Shown here one piece after another: positions 1 to 10,113 of a stretch of DNA of 53,812 bases (positions are counted from its first letter, which is position 1; each line of letters opens with the position of its first letter). Source of the stretch: Thraustochytrium aureum (Eukaryota); contig BLSG01000281.1 in the NCBI GenBank assembly GCA_012862495.1, positions 84,050 through 137,861 on the forward strand. The letters run 5' to 3'. The notes under the pieces were generated by a model. The model was not told the DNA's origin, made no database searches, and saw nothing but the letters and a program-made list of their open reading frames with translations. The position numbers and the translations under genes are program-made.

Positions 1-119
1 AGCTACTAGCTAGCAGAGTCGCTTGCGGAAGGACGGTGCGTAGGTTTGTTCTGCTGCTTGTCACGTCACCGGGGCCTCCGCGTTGACAGCGCAGGCGACA
101 CAAAATCGTCTCTGCTCCA

Positions 120-3100
120 TTACGACGACCAGATGTCTCGCGTGTAGCGGCCGCGCTTCGCGAGCGCCTCGAGCGTACGCTGCGCCTCCAGCAGGTTGAG
201 GCGGCCGTGCTGGACGAGCACCTCTTGCAGCGCAGCATGAACCTCTTTCGCCATGGCCACGCCATCGCCGCAGACGAAAACGTATGCGTTGCGGTTGAGA
301 ACAGCGTCCGCAATGCGCGCCCCGTCCTCGTGGACGAGGTGCTGCACATAGCGCTTTTGGTCCCCTTCGCGCGAAAAGGCACAACGCAAGACGTGGAGGA
401 CGTCCTTGGCGTCCGCCTCCTGGGTGAGAAAGTCGCGAAACAAAAAGTCGCGCTCGCGGTGGCGGCAACCAAAGTACAGCCACATCTCAGCAAACTCGGA
501 GAGCGGAAACTCTTGGGGCTCGCGGTCCAGATTGCTGAAACCGCTGGCAGTAAAGTGCTTGCCGCGCCAATACCCGTCGTACAGGTCGCCGTGATCATGC
601 TCTTGCAAGCCCTTGAGCAGCTTGCGGTGCTCGATGAAACCGATGAAGGGAGCCACGCCTGTTCCTGGGCCGATCATGATCACCGGCAGCTCTACGTTGC
701 CAGGCGGGTGGAAGCCATTCGAGGGGCGCAGAAAGACGCGCACCCTCGCTCCCTCATGACCAGAACTGGATCGCATGGCTTTCGCTGGCCCGCGCTGCAG
801 ACACGGTTGCGCCAGAGATTCTAACCACGTGCTGCAGATTCCACGCACAACGCGTTCGCGCATGCCCGTCCGTGTTACCGTTGCCAGCGGAACTGGGACG
901 ACCGTCTCTACTACGGTAAGCGCGAGCCGTATGCGCGCAAACCCGCCCTCGCCAAGCGGAGAGCTGGCAATCGAATAAAACCTCGGCGAGAGCTTCGGCA
1001 AGCCATGCAGGAGCTGTTCAAGCGGTGGCGCACAGGATGGGAAGAGGTTGAGAATCTCCAACAGTGAAAGCTTGGGCGCCTCCACGAGGCGAGTGAAAGT
1101 CTCGCGCCCTCCCACGGAACTGACGTAAAGGAGCCGCGCCTTGTCCAGCGCGTCTGTGCAGCTTTCTGCAAGCATTCGGAAGAAAACCTTGCGAGGTGTC
1201 GACGTCAGGTCTACGCCCCACGTGAACACGTCACGCAGCTTGCAGACGGGGTCGAGACTCGGGAAAAGCTGGCGCTCGTGCGTATGCGCATGCGATGAAG
1301 CTCCCGCGGGCCCGCGGGCGTGAACGCGCACATCCACGGGCAGCTCGGCGTCCAGGCCAAGGCGCGCGAGCACGCCCTCCACCAAAGCGTCCGGGTTGGG
1401 GCAGATGACCCCGAGCGCATCGCCTGGCTGCCACTTGGGAACAACCTCAGGAAAGTCTTGGGGCTCGATCCGAAAGTCGACGCGAAGAACGCGTTTGAGA
1501 GCGTCTGCAGTCGTCAGGTAGTCGGCATCGGCAAGGCGAGCCCACATCGGATGGGACGAAGAGCACCCAACGATGCTGGTGGGGGACTCTATAGACGAGG
1601 TGCTGTTTCCCCGGCGAACGTCTTCAGCGAGGGGCTCACTTGCAACCTCTGCGAGCTCTTGCACGCTAGCCACGCGCACCCGGACCAGGCTCTGGTCGAC
1701 GTTCGGTGGCCTCGTTGTCTTCGCCGCCAGATCCTCAACCGACCCCAGCTCGCAGACTTCCTCGAAGCGGGCAACCACGGCAGGGGGCCGCCAGCCAAGG
1801 CGCACATTGTCCGCCCCACCTCCGCCCCTCGGAGGTGGTGCTCTATCGCTGGGACAGGGGTCGACTTGGGGACTTGCACAGGTCCCAGGCACGCTCGTTT
1901 CGACACTCAATTCGACACCCGTTTCGACGAGGGCAGGCGTCGCGACGTGCTCAGGAGGCTCGAAGAGACTGCTCTGTGATGCAACCGTCGATGAAGGCTC
2001 GACGTTTCCCCCCACCGATGCAGGCATTCCGTTCGCTTCCAAGCCGTTGGGGGACGCGCGGCTCGCCGCATCTGGCACCGACTGGGCCAGTATGGCCCAC
2101 AGGGCGGCCCGCCACGGCTCAACCACGTCCCCGAGCCCTGTCGCCTCGTCCGCGCACGCGATGGGCACCAAGCGCTGCGCCCCCAGTTCTGCGAAGCGCG
2201 AATCCAGCTTGCGGCCCACGGCGCAAAACTTGTCGTAGTTTGTGTCGCCTAGCGCAAGGACGGCGTACTGGAGCCCATCGAGCAAAGTTGGGCTGTTGGT
2301 CCGCTTGCGAATAAACCGCATGAATTTGTCTGCGTTTCTTGGCGCATCCCCGTTCCCGGTCGTGGAGACCACAATCACAGCGAGGCGGCGCCCGGGCAAG
2401 CCGAACGACTTGAAATCGTCCAGCGGGTGCCACTCCGAGTCCAACCCCTTCGCCATGGCGGCCTCGTGAAGCTCCTTCGAAATCGCCTCGGCGTTTCCAG
2501 TCTCCGAACCGTATAAGAAGAGGATCTGGGTCCCGTCGAGCGTGCTGGCCTTGGCTGGATCTTCGTGAGCCGGGACCTCGATTTGGGCCTGAGCGGCTGT
2601 CTCGACGTCGCCACTACGGCTTGCACGTGCCCCGGGCTGTTCAGATGCATCTAACTGTGGGATAGCCGCAGGAACTGAATGCCCGCCTACGCCCGCCCCC
2701 GCGCTGGCCTCCGCGTCGCGCTGGGGTTCGTCGCTCGTCGCCCCTCGTTGATCGGCTGGTTGGGCCTGCCCGTCCGCTGCAGGCACGCCACCTCCCGCTT
2801 CCAGCGCGGTCTGACCAGTTCCCAGAAAGTCGCTCAAGCGCTTCCACAAGCCGAGCCGGAAGGGCTCGACACTGGCGCCGAGGTCGGTCGCCTCGTCCGC
2901 GCAGGTGATCGGCGCGATGCGTTGGGCGCCGAGCTCGCCTAGACGCCGATCCAGCGTTTTACCGACGTAGCAAAACTTGTCATAGTTGGTGTCACCCAGA
3001 GCTAGTGTGAGGAATGCGGTTGACGCGAATAGGTCGCTCGCGTTCGAACGTTTGCGCACAAAGCGCCAGAATCGGTCTGCGTTTCGCGGCGGGTCACCGT

Positions 3101-3287
3101 TTCCTGTTGTGGAGACCAACATCACGACGAGGGCCGCGCCGGGAAGCCCAGCCTTGCTGTAGTCGTTCATCGGTGCCAGGGTGCTCGCGAATCCGTTCTG
3201 AGCGGCTTCTTGGTGGAGCCCTTGCGCAATCGACTCGGCATTTCCTGTTTCAGACCCATACAAGAAGACCACTTCTCTCCCAGGCAT
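120..3287 (-). CDS. MTRR: Methionine synthase reductase-like diflavin reductase with two tandem N-terminal flavodoxin (FMN) domains
   Basis: Two copies of LYGSETGNAE..VSTTGNGD.P.NA.KF..LALGDTNYDKFC..ADEAT. FAD region YLTTADALKRV..WQPGDALGVICPN, PRFYSIASS, GICSTWL, MIGPGTGVAPFIGF, LYFGCRH, YVFVCGD, and C-terminal RDIWSS. First ATG is at 3287. Confidence 0.88.
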   Translation of the reverse strand: MPGREVVFLYGSETGNAESIAQGLHQEAAQNGFASTLAPMNDYSKAGLPGAALVVMLVSTTGNGDPPRNADRFWRFVRKRSNASDLFASTAFLTLALGDTNYDKFCYVGKTLDRRLGELGAQRIAPITCADEATDLGASVEPFRLGLWKRLSDFLGTGQTALEAGGGVPAADGQAQPADQRGATSDEPQRDAEASAGAGVGGHSVPAAIPQLDASEQPGARASRSGDVETAAQAQIEVPAHEDPAKASTLDGTQILFLYGSETGNAEAISKELHEAAMAKGLDSEWHPLDDFKSFGLPGRRLAVIVVSTTGNGDAPRNADKFMRFIRKRTNSPTLLDGLQYAVLALGDTNYDKFCAVGRKLDSRFAELGAQRLVPIACADEATGLGDVVEPWRAALWAILAQSVPDAASRASPNGLEANGMPASVGGNVEPSSTVASQSSLFEPPEHVATPALVETGVELSVETSVPGTCASPQVDPCPSDRAPPPRGGGGADNVRLGWRPPAVVARFEEVCELGSVEDLAAKTTRPPNVDQSLVRVRVASVQELAEVASEPLAEDVRRGNSTSSIESPTSIVGCSSSHPMWARLADADYLTTADALKRVLRVDFRIEPQDFPEVVPKWQPGDALGVICPNPDALVEGVLARLGLDAELPVDVRVHARGPAGASSHAHTHERQLFPSLDPVCKLRDVFTWGVDLTSTPRKVFFRMLAESCTDALDKARLLYVSSVGGRETFTRLVEAPKLSLLEILNLFPSCAPPLEQLLHGLPKLSPRFYSIASSPLGEGGFARIRLALTVVETVVPVPLATVTRTGMRERVVRGICSTWLESLAQPCLQRGPAKAMRSSSGHEGARVRVFLRPSNGFHPPGNVELPVIMIGPGTGVAPFIGFIEHRKLLKGLQEHDHGDLYDGYWRGKHFTASGFSNLDREPQEFPLSEFAEMWLYFGCRHRERDFLFRDFLTQEADAKDVLHVLRCAFSREGDQKRYVQHLVHEDGARIADAVLNRNAYVFVCGDGVAMAKEVHAALQEVLVQHGRLNLLEAQRTLEALAKRGRYTRDIWSS

Positions 3288-3493
3288 CCTGCTCCCCTCC
3301 TCCGACCCGAGCACGCGAGGCGCCGCGCCGTCGATCGCCTTGCCTTGCTTCTCGCGAGAGGCCTGCGGTCCCTGCGGCGCTGCCTTCTGCCAGCGCGCAA
3401 GCTAGCCTTTCTGCGACAGCCACTACTCCGCCCAGCAGGAGCGCTGCCAGCTGCTCCGGGGCGCGCCTGTGAAGCGGCCGAAAGTAGTCGCCT

Positions 3494-3610
3494 TCTGCTC
3501 TGCTCCTCCGCTCTGCTCGGCTCTGCTCTGGCCGCTCTGCTCTGGCGCTCTGCTCTGCTCTGCTCTGTGTGCTCTGGTGCTCAGCTCTGCTCTGCTGTGC
3601 TCTGGTGCTG
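3494..3610. repeat. Imperfect (GCTCT)n microsatellite in the divergent MTRR / PX-gene intergenic region
   Basis: ctgctctgctc.. units repeated over about 115 bp. Confidence 0.85.
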
Positions 3611-3893
3611 CCTGCGTCACCTGAAGCAAGGTGACGTCAATCAACACAGACAAGGCAGCGCCTCACGACCCTCTATAAAAGACCGTCTCTCCCGCTAAAA
3701 TCAGTCGGCCCGAACGAACNNNNNNNNNNNNNNNNNNNNNNNNNNNNNNNNNNNNNNNNNNNNNNNNNNNNNNNNNNNNNNNNNNNNNNNNNNNNNNNNN
3801 NNNNNNNNNNNNNNNNNNNNNNNNNNNNNNNNNNNNNNNNNNNNNNNNNNNNNNNNNNNNNNNNNNNNNNNNNNNNNNNNNNNNNNNNNNNNN

Positions 3894-4869
3894 CACCGGC
3901 AACCGCCTTGTGGGCGAACACACCGAGTACCGCGTCGAGCTGCACGCTGGCGCCGCCAAGCTTTCCTCCGTGTCTCGCCGTTTCCGAGAATTCACGGAGC
4001 TCCATGCTCAGCTCTCAAAGTTTCACCACGCGTTTCCCATCCCCGAGATCCCCCCAAAGAAGTTCTTCGGGCGAACGAGCCCGGCCTTTGTCGCCAAGCG
4101 GCAGCGAGAGCTCCAGGTTTTCCTGGACCAGCTGGTGAGCCGCATTGTGGCGAACCCTCCCGCTGAAGCAGCGTGGAGACTGCTCTGCCTCTTCCTCGCG
4201 CTCGATCCCAAGCAAGACGTGCCGGAGGCCATTCTCAACCTCGCAGACCTCTCCGGGTCCCAAGGCGCAATTGGCTCGTCTGCTAGTTCGGCGAACAGCA
4301 ACGCTGGCGCCGCTGGCGCCGCCTCGCAACGTGCCGCCAACCGAGCTGGTGAGGCTGGGTCCGCCGGCTTTGATTCGGCCGGCGGCGCTGCGATGCTCGC
4401 TGTGCCAGGCGAGGCCGATGCGGAGCCAAACCAGGAGCTGCAGAATATGGAGGCCGAGGAGATGCGGCGTATGGAAAAAATTGTGGACGACTTTGCACGC
4501 CAGACTATCAATGTGAGCAAACAGAGCGAGGAGCGGCTCCAGGTCCCACCGTCCTCTCTCGTCACCTCGGCATTGCTGCAGAGTCTGCAAGCATCCTTAG
4601 ACAAGCACATCATCGGCGCAGGGCCAATCCGCCAAGCTTCAGCGAAGCAAGATAGCGCGGCTGTGGCGACAGGGAGCGACGCCTTGCGCTCCGACCAGGC
4701 CGACTTGGAAGGGTCTGGCGGCGAGGAGGACGCCGAACCGACTTCCGACAATGAGGATCAGGCTCTTGTAGCGTCCACGGACCGCTACGCCCCAATCGTT
4801 GGAGCCGAGGACCTGATTGTTTCACTAGCGGCGTTCTCCGGCGAGGCCGAGTCACAAGCTGCCGCCTAA
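3894..4869 (+). CDS. PX-domain (sorting-nexin-like) protein with LAMTOR1-like C-terminal motifs; 5' end lost in gap 3720-3893
   Basis: PX motifs HTEYRVEL..VSRRFREFTELHAQL..FPIPEIPPKKFFG..FVAKRQRELQVFLDQL. C-terminal EEMRRMEKIVDDFARQTINVS and IVGAEDLIVSL. Stop TAA ends at 4869. Confidence 0.8.
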
Positions 4870-4985
4870 CTCGCGTGCTGGCTCGCCCGCTTTCCGCCCT
4901 GACCTGAGATCGAGAGCCAGTTCAGTCGCATTTTCAGGGTAGGGGCCGTGCCCGATTTGCCGCCAAAAATGTCGAGGGACTGAAC

Positions 4986-5078
4986 GCTTGAGCCGTTGGG
5001 TGCTTGAGCCATTGCGTGCTTGAGCCATTGCGTGCCTGAGCCATTGGGTGCTTTCTTTCAAGAGCCATTGGGTGCTTT
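4986..5078. repeat. 16-bp minisatellite (GCTTGAGCCATTGCGT), about 4-5 copies, between convergent gene ends
   Basis: Units start at 4986, 5002, 5018 and 5034, with a further partial copy near 5062. Confidence 0.85.
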
Positions 5079-5132
5079 CCCCACGAACTCCTGAAACCAG
5101 TCTCGGTACGTTCGCTGTGCACGAGCAGCAAC

Positions 5133-5215
5133 GATTGATTGATTGATTGAGAATGAATCAAGTTCGATTTCGGTTGATTTTGATTGATTGATTGGATGAT
5201 CTGGATGATCTGGAC
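5133..5215. repeat. (GATT)n and GATCTGGAT short repeats in a 3' region
   Basis: gattgattgattgattga, ttgattgattgattgg and gatctggatgatctgga are visible. Confidence 0.7.
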
Positions 5216-5228
5216 GGTGAAAAGGCGT

Positions 5229-8200
5229 TCATTCAGTTGCGAGGAGGCGCCGGGTGAGGAAAGCATCCAGTCTCTCCCCAAACGGTAAAAACAGATCGGG
5301 TTCGGTGTAGGCGCACGCAACTGCACAGAGTTCCACAAAATCCTCGAAGAGAATGCGGCAATCGTCAAGCTGAAGCTCCTTGCAGATGCGCAGAGCTTCA
5401 ACCTCCGGGAAACCCGAGGACAAGCTGACTATGCCCAGCCTCGCAAAGTGCTGCAAGACGCATGAGGAAAGCACCCGAGGAACATTGATGGTCGGCCTTT
5501 GCCCCGCTCCGCGCGAACCGGCCAAGGCGCCTCCACACCCTGCTGCCTCGCGAGCGGATGCGAGATTTCGTTCATTGATGGAACCGCTTTCCCCTTGCCT
5601 CGCCCCATCCTCGGCGGCACTCGTGGTAGCAGCATCATCCTTCTCGTCAACGGCGTCTGCAGCGGGGTCTGCAGCGGCGTCTACAGCGGCGTCATCGTCG
5701 TCCTCTACCATGGTATAAAACAGCGTAAATAGCTCCTCGCGAGACCTGGCAACCGCGCGCATGCAGGCGTCATCACACCAAACTGAGNNNNNNNNNNNNN
5801 NNNNNNNNNNNNNNNNNNNNNNNNNNNNNNNNNNNNNNNNNNNNNNNNNNNNNNNNNNNNNNNNNNNNNNNNNNNNNNNNNNNNNNNNNNNNNNNNNNNN
5901 NNNNNNNNNNNNNNNNNNNNNNNNNNNNNNNNNNNNNNNNNNNNNNNNNNNNNNNNNNNNNNNNNNNATCACACCAAACTGAGTCTCGAAAAGCTCGCAT
6001 GGGAGAATCTGCGGCCCCGTTGTTCGTCGGACGCTGGTTGATATATTCTTGCATAAACCGCGCCAAGTTTGCTGCAGAGCTGTGCCCGTCAAATATGTCG
6101 TCGGCGATCACGACGAGGCAGCGGACAAACGTGCTAGGGAGCATCCCGTCCCGGCCTAGGCCTTGCTCCCGTGCGATCTTTCAAGCAGCAAGCAAATCAA
6201 GCAGACATGTCAGCAGAATCCAAAGCCCCAGACCCTGCCTCCAGCTCGCCCTGCCCACTTCGTGCTGCCTCAAATCAAAGATTTGCTGCTTGGACAAATT
6301 GAGCCTGAGGAAGCGAAACCGAAACACGCCACCTGGCAGCAAGAGTTGACCCAACCAAGCCCGCCAACGCCTGCCTTGCCCGTTTCCGAAGAGAGCAAGA
6401 ACTCACCTCAAAAAGGTCATCCATGTCGAAAAAATCGCCTCCCACGAGGCCAAGGTCTTTGCAAAACAAAACGAACCCGTGCAATGAAAGCGTGGCTGGG
6501 CCGTCCCCGGCGCGCTCCACCCCGTTTGAGCTGATGTTGGGGGGCTTTACAGCCGGCCCCGAAATGGCGTATTTGCTGTATGCCTCAAACGCGTTCTTGA
6601 GATGATAAAACTGCGCTGCCAGGACTGTTCCAACCGCCTCGTCCTCGCGAGGATTAGAGTAACCTGTTATGGTGGTATAGGACGCCATTTCGCGCAGCTC
6701 TTTGCGGTCTGGGATGTCAACCGGGTTGCCGCGAAGGCGCTCAAGCATAATTGCCCATGCCGCTTCGCCTACACGCTTCTTGAGACTCTGCCACAAGGCT
6801 GTTTTTTGCTCCCTTTCTCGCAATGCCCAACGCACTCGCCGTCTTACGCCCTCGATTCTTGCAACGAGAGAATTCCAAGTTGGCTCTTTGCAGAGCTCCG
6901 CAACTCCTTGCCGGCCAACAAAGTCCTGGAGCCGTGGGAGAAGAGCGATCGCCGTGTTAGAAGAGGACTGCGCGGGCATCGAGTTCTTGGACTCGTCTCT
7001 GGCGCTTGCCAAGAGGAAAACTTACCGCGAGCGACTCTTGTTCCAAAACCGCGGCCGCGAGCTCCTCGCGCGAGTTTGCCCAGGGCTCCTTTTTTACGTA
7101 CATCCCAGGGAAGTTGCAAAACAGAAACGCGACTAGGGCTAGGTTGCGGTCGGCGACGCCGCCTAGGACGTCGCCGGTCGTCACTTGGATGCCACCGAGG
7201 CTTGACACAGCTCCCACGATGGCCTCCACCAGTTGCTCGCGGTTCTCGTCGTCGATGTGCCCCGCTGCAAACGTCAGGCCAGGCTCTTTGGAGGCCAACT
7301 GCTCGAGCAGGCGGCGGTAGACCCGACCGTCGCACAAGTCGTTGGCAAAGTTCTCCACCACGGCGCCCGGGACGTGGATTTTGAGCCAGCGCAGCAAGAC
7401 CTCCTCTAAAGGGGCCTCTAGGAGCCTGTCGAGCTGGCCCGCTTCGTCGACAAGCATCTCAGGGTCGACGAAGCGCTCCACGTGGACTTGGTCAAGCTGC
7501 TCCCCAAGGAGTCGCAGCTCAACCTGCACGAGCGTGTTTGAGAGCTGGAAAACGCTCATTGCGAGGCGTGCTAGACCTTCGCGTTCGTCAGAGAAGGGGT
7601 CCATGTCGTCTTTGACTTCCGCAGCCTGAGCTTGAATTTCCGTCAGAGATTTGTTCAGCTGGGCGATCTTTTCGCTCCACTGGCCAGCCTCGACTTGCGC
7701 GGACTTTATGCTCTCGTCCAAGGTGTTCTTCCGCTGCTCGAGGTCTTTGTAGCGGCCGTCCAGCTCGCGGATGCGCTCCATTGCACGGCTGCGGCGCTCT
7801 GCGCGGGCGACTTGTAGCCAAGCACGTAAGATCTGCTTTGCCTTGGCCCGGCTGACACGTTGAAAGCACGCATTGAGGAGTTCGCGCTGCCGGCGGCGCG
7901 CGACGACCTCACTGTGCCAGGTCCGGAAGATCGACCCCATCACGCTCTTTTGCCACTGGCACGTTGTACGCTCTAGCAGAGCCTGCTTTTTCATGATTTC
8001 TTTTGCATGATTGCCTCGAGCTTGTGCCACGTCGTGATTTCTTCCTCCAGCTTGTTCCGTTTCGTCTCCAGTGCGATTGCGCGGCGGAAAAAGGTGTCTT
8101 CAGTGGCGAGGGCCTTGAGGAAATCCTGCCCGCCCTTTCTGCTTTCCGCTAACGCTAGCACCTTGTGCGGGTCCGCGAACTCCTGCCCACAGTACAACGA

Positions 8201-8465
8201 CTTGAGAAGATTGCCGGCGAGGGGCTCAAGCGCCGCGCGATGTCTGGGATCCCAGGCGCTGAGGGCTGCCAAGGCGCGCGTGGCGATGGCAGCTTGAAAT
8301 CCGTTCGGAGACCCGAGCTTGGCGCTCGACTCCTTCGCCTGCTTGAGCTGCAGCTCAAGCTCAGCGACGAGGCTCTCGGCGGCGTTCGCGCGCGCCTTCT
8401 GCGGAGCGAGTGGGCCATGCGACGGCTTGGCTGTAGCTCCGTTGCCAGTGCAGGGCAAGCGCCAG
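5229..8465 (-). CDS. Coiled-coil / calponin-homology (fimbrin-type CH) domain protein with possible Sfi1-like Trp motifs and an EF-hand-like C-terminus; 5' end in gap
   Basis: Joined from ORFs 7991-8465, 6957-8030, 6275-7012, 5773-6144 and 5229-5787. The joins use a -1 frameshift near 8000-8030, introns 6926-7025 and 6178-6406, and a duplicated 16-mer across gap 5788-5967. CH motif: PLEEVLLRWLKIHV..VENFANDLCDGRVY..DVLGGVADRNLALVAFLF. Confidence 0.68.
6178..6406 (-). other. Spliceosomal intron (229 nt)
   Basis: Donor GAG|GTGAGT, branch point GCTGAC 31 nt before AAAG|. Splicing gives in-frame DDLFE|IAREQG. Confidence 0.75.
6926..7025 (-). other. Spliceosomal intron (100 nt)
   Basis: Donor GCG|GTAAGT, branch point TCTAAC 30 nt before CCAG|. 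Splicing gives in-frame QESLA|DFVGRQ. Confidence 0.8.
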
Positions 8466-8700
8466 NNNNNNNNNNNNNNNNNNNNNNNNNNNNNNNNNNN
8501 NNNNNNNNNNNNNNNNNNNNNNNNNNNNNNNNNNNNNNNNNNNNNNNNNNNNNNNNNNNNNNNNNNNNNNNNNNNNNNNNNNNNNNNNNNNNNNNNNNNN
8601 NNNNNNNNNNNNNNNNNNNNNNNNNNNNNNNNNNNNNNNNNNNNNNNNNNNNNNNNNNNNNNNNNNNNNNNNNNNNNNNNNNNNNNNNNNNNNNNNNNNN

Positions 8701-9916
8701 GAGCATCACGCCCGATGTCCTTGCTCACCGTGACGAGCTGTCAGAGTTTGTTGGTGACGAGATCTCGCGCGTCATCGAAGAGCAGCGCAAACTCGAGACA
8801 AAGTATGAAGAGCTCATCGCTATGCGCGGCACGCTAAAGGTAAGTGTGGCGTTTCTTTATCCCCCCCCCCCCGCCCTGCTCGCGTCTGCGCTACCTGAGC
8901 TGGGACAGATGCCGCAGCCGCAGGTGACGAGGGAAGCTGACACGATTGCTCGCCATGGGGTATGCGCCGCAGGGCCTCGCGAACAAGTCCAAGTACAAAC
9001 AGAACCAAAGCGAGATCCAGGAGGTGAGCCGCGCGCTGCGCGAGTCAACCAAGAACTTGTGCCGCAATCTCAAGGACAACCCGAACGTGACGGGAAATCT
9101 CCTAAAGATTCAGGACGAGCGCAACGAGCTGGAAGATTTGATCGTGAAAACGATTTCTGAAGTCCGAGAGCGGAGGACCTTTGCGACTTTGCTCAGCCAC
9201 GTCGACGAAGCTCGGCGGGAGCAAGACCGCCTCGCCCAAGTTGTAGAGCGAGAGAAGCACACTGCGAACGCGGTGAGAGAGCTAGAGGAGGAGCTTGAGC
9301 AAGAGCGCAAGGAGCACGAGACGGAAGAAACCGAGCGCGCACAGCTCATTACGCAACTAAAGGAGGAGCTCCAAGAGATCCGAGCAAAGCTGACTTTCAA
9401 GACCAAGTACGCGCGCCGAGAGGCGCAGGCGAAGATTGCCAGCACTGTTCGCGAGTACGAGCAGGAAGAAGCAGAGCTCCTCGAGCGCATCGAAAACTTG
9501 AAGCGCGTCAAGGAGATGGAGGAATCGGTGCACGCCGACACAGTCGATTTTCTGACTCGAAAGCAAGAGTCCCTCCTCGAGCAAGCAGCCGAGTGGAGCG
9601 ATCGCTACGGAAATGACATGGAAGAGTTGGACGCACAAATTGCGGAGCTCAGCGAAGTACGCGACCGCGACCTCTTGCGTTTGGAGGAGCTTCGAGCTCG
9701 CTGGGATGCCCAAGTCGCCGAGGAGCAGGCTCGCGAGGAGGAAAAGCGCCGTCAAAAAGAGCTCGAGATGCTCCGTATCCAAGAGGAGCGCGAGTTCAAC
9801 GCAGCAGCAACAAAGATCCAGCGCCGGTACAAGCTATTTGCCCGTTCCCGCCCAGCTTCCCAGGACAAGAAGGGGAAGAAGGGCAAAGCGAAGGCCAAAA
9901 AGGGAAGAAAAAGTGA
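8701..9916 (+). CDS. IQCG: IQ-motif coiled-coil dynein regulatory complex protein (DRC9/IQCG-like); 5' end in gap
   Basis: STKNLCRNLKDNPNVTGNLLKIQ, a long coiled coil, a C-terminal IQ-like motif (AATKIQRRYK) and a Lys-rich tail. Intron 8840-8972. The likely true stop is TGA at 9914-9916 after restoring one A in GGAAGAAAAAG, giving KGKKK*. Confidence 0.72.
8840..8972 (+). other. Spliceosomal intron (133 nt)
   Basis: AAG|GTAAGT ... GCTGAC, 31 nt, CGCAG|GGC. Joins RGTLK|GLANKS in frame. Confidence 0.85.
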
Positions 9917-10113
9917 TGCCAAGTGGCGCCCACGTTTCAACAAAAAAATAGAAGAACCAACTTGCAAAGGTCCACAGATTCGTCTTGCACGCAACTGGCG
10001 AGAGCGAACGGGGCTGGGCGGCGTCGCGCAGCGAGAGCTTACGCGATGCCGAGCAAATGTGGCAATCGTCAAGCGGCAGTTAAAAGCCACAACAGCCACA
10101 ACCCAGAGCGCTC

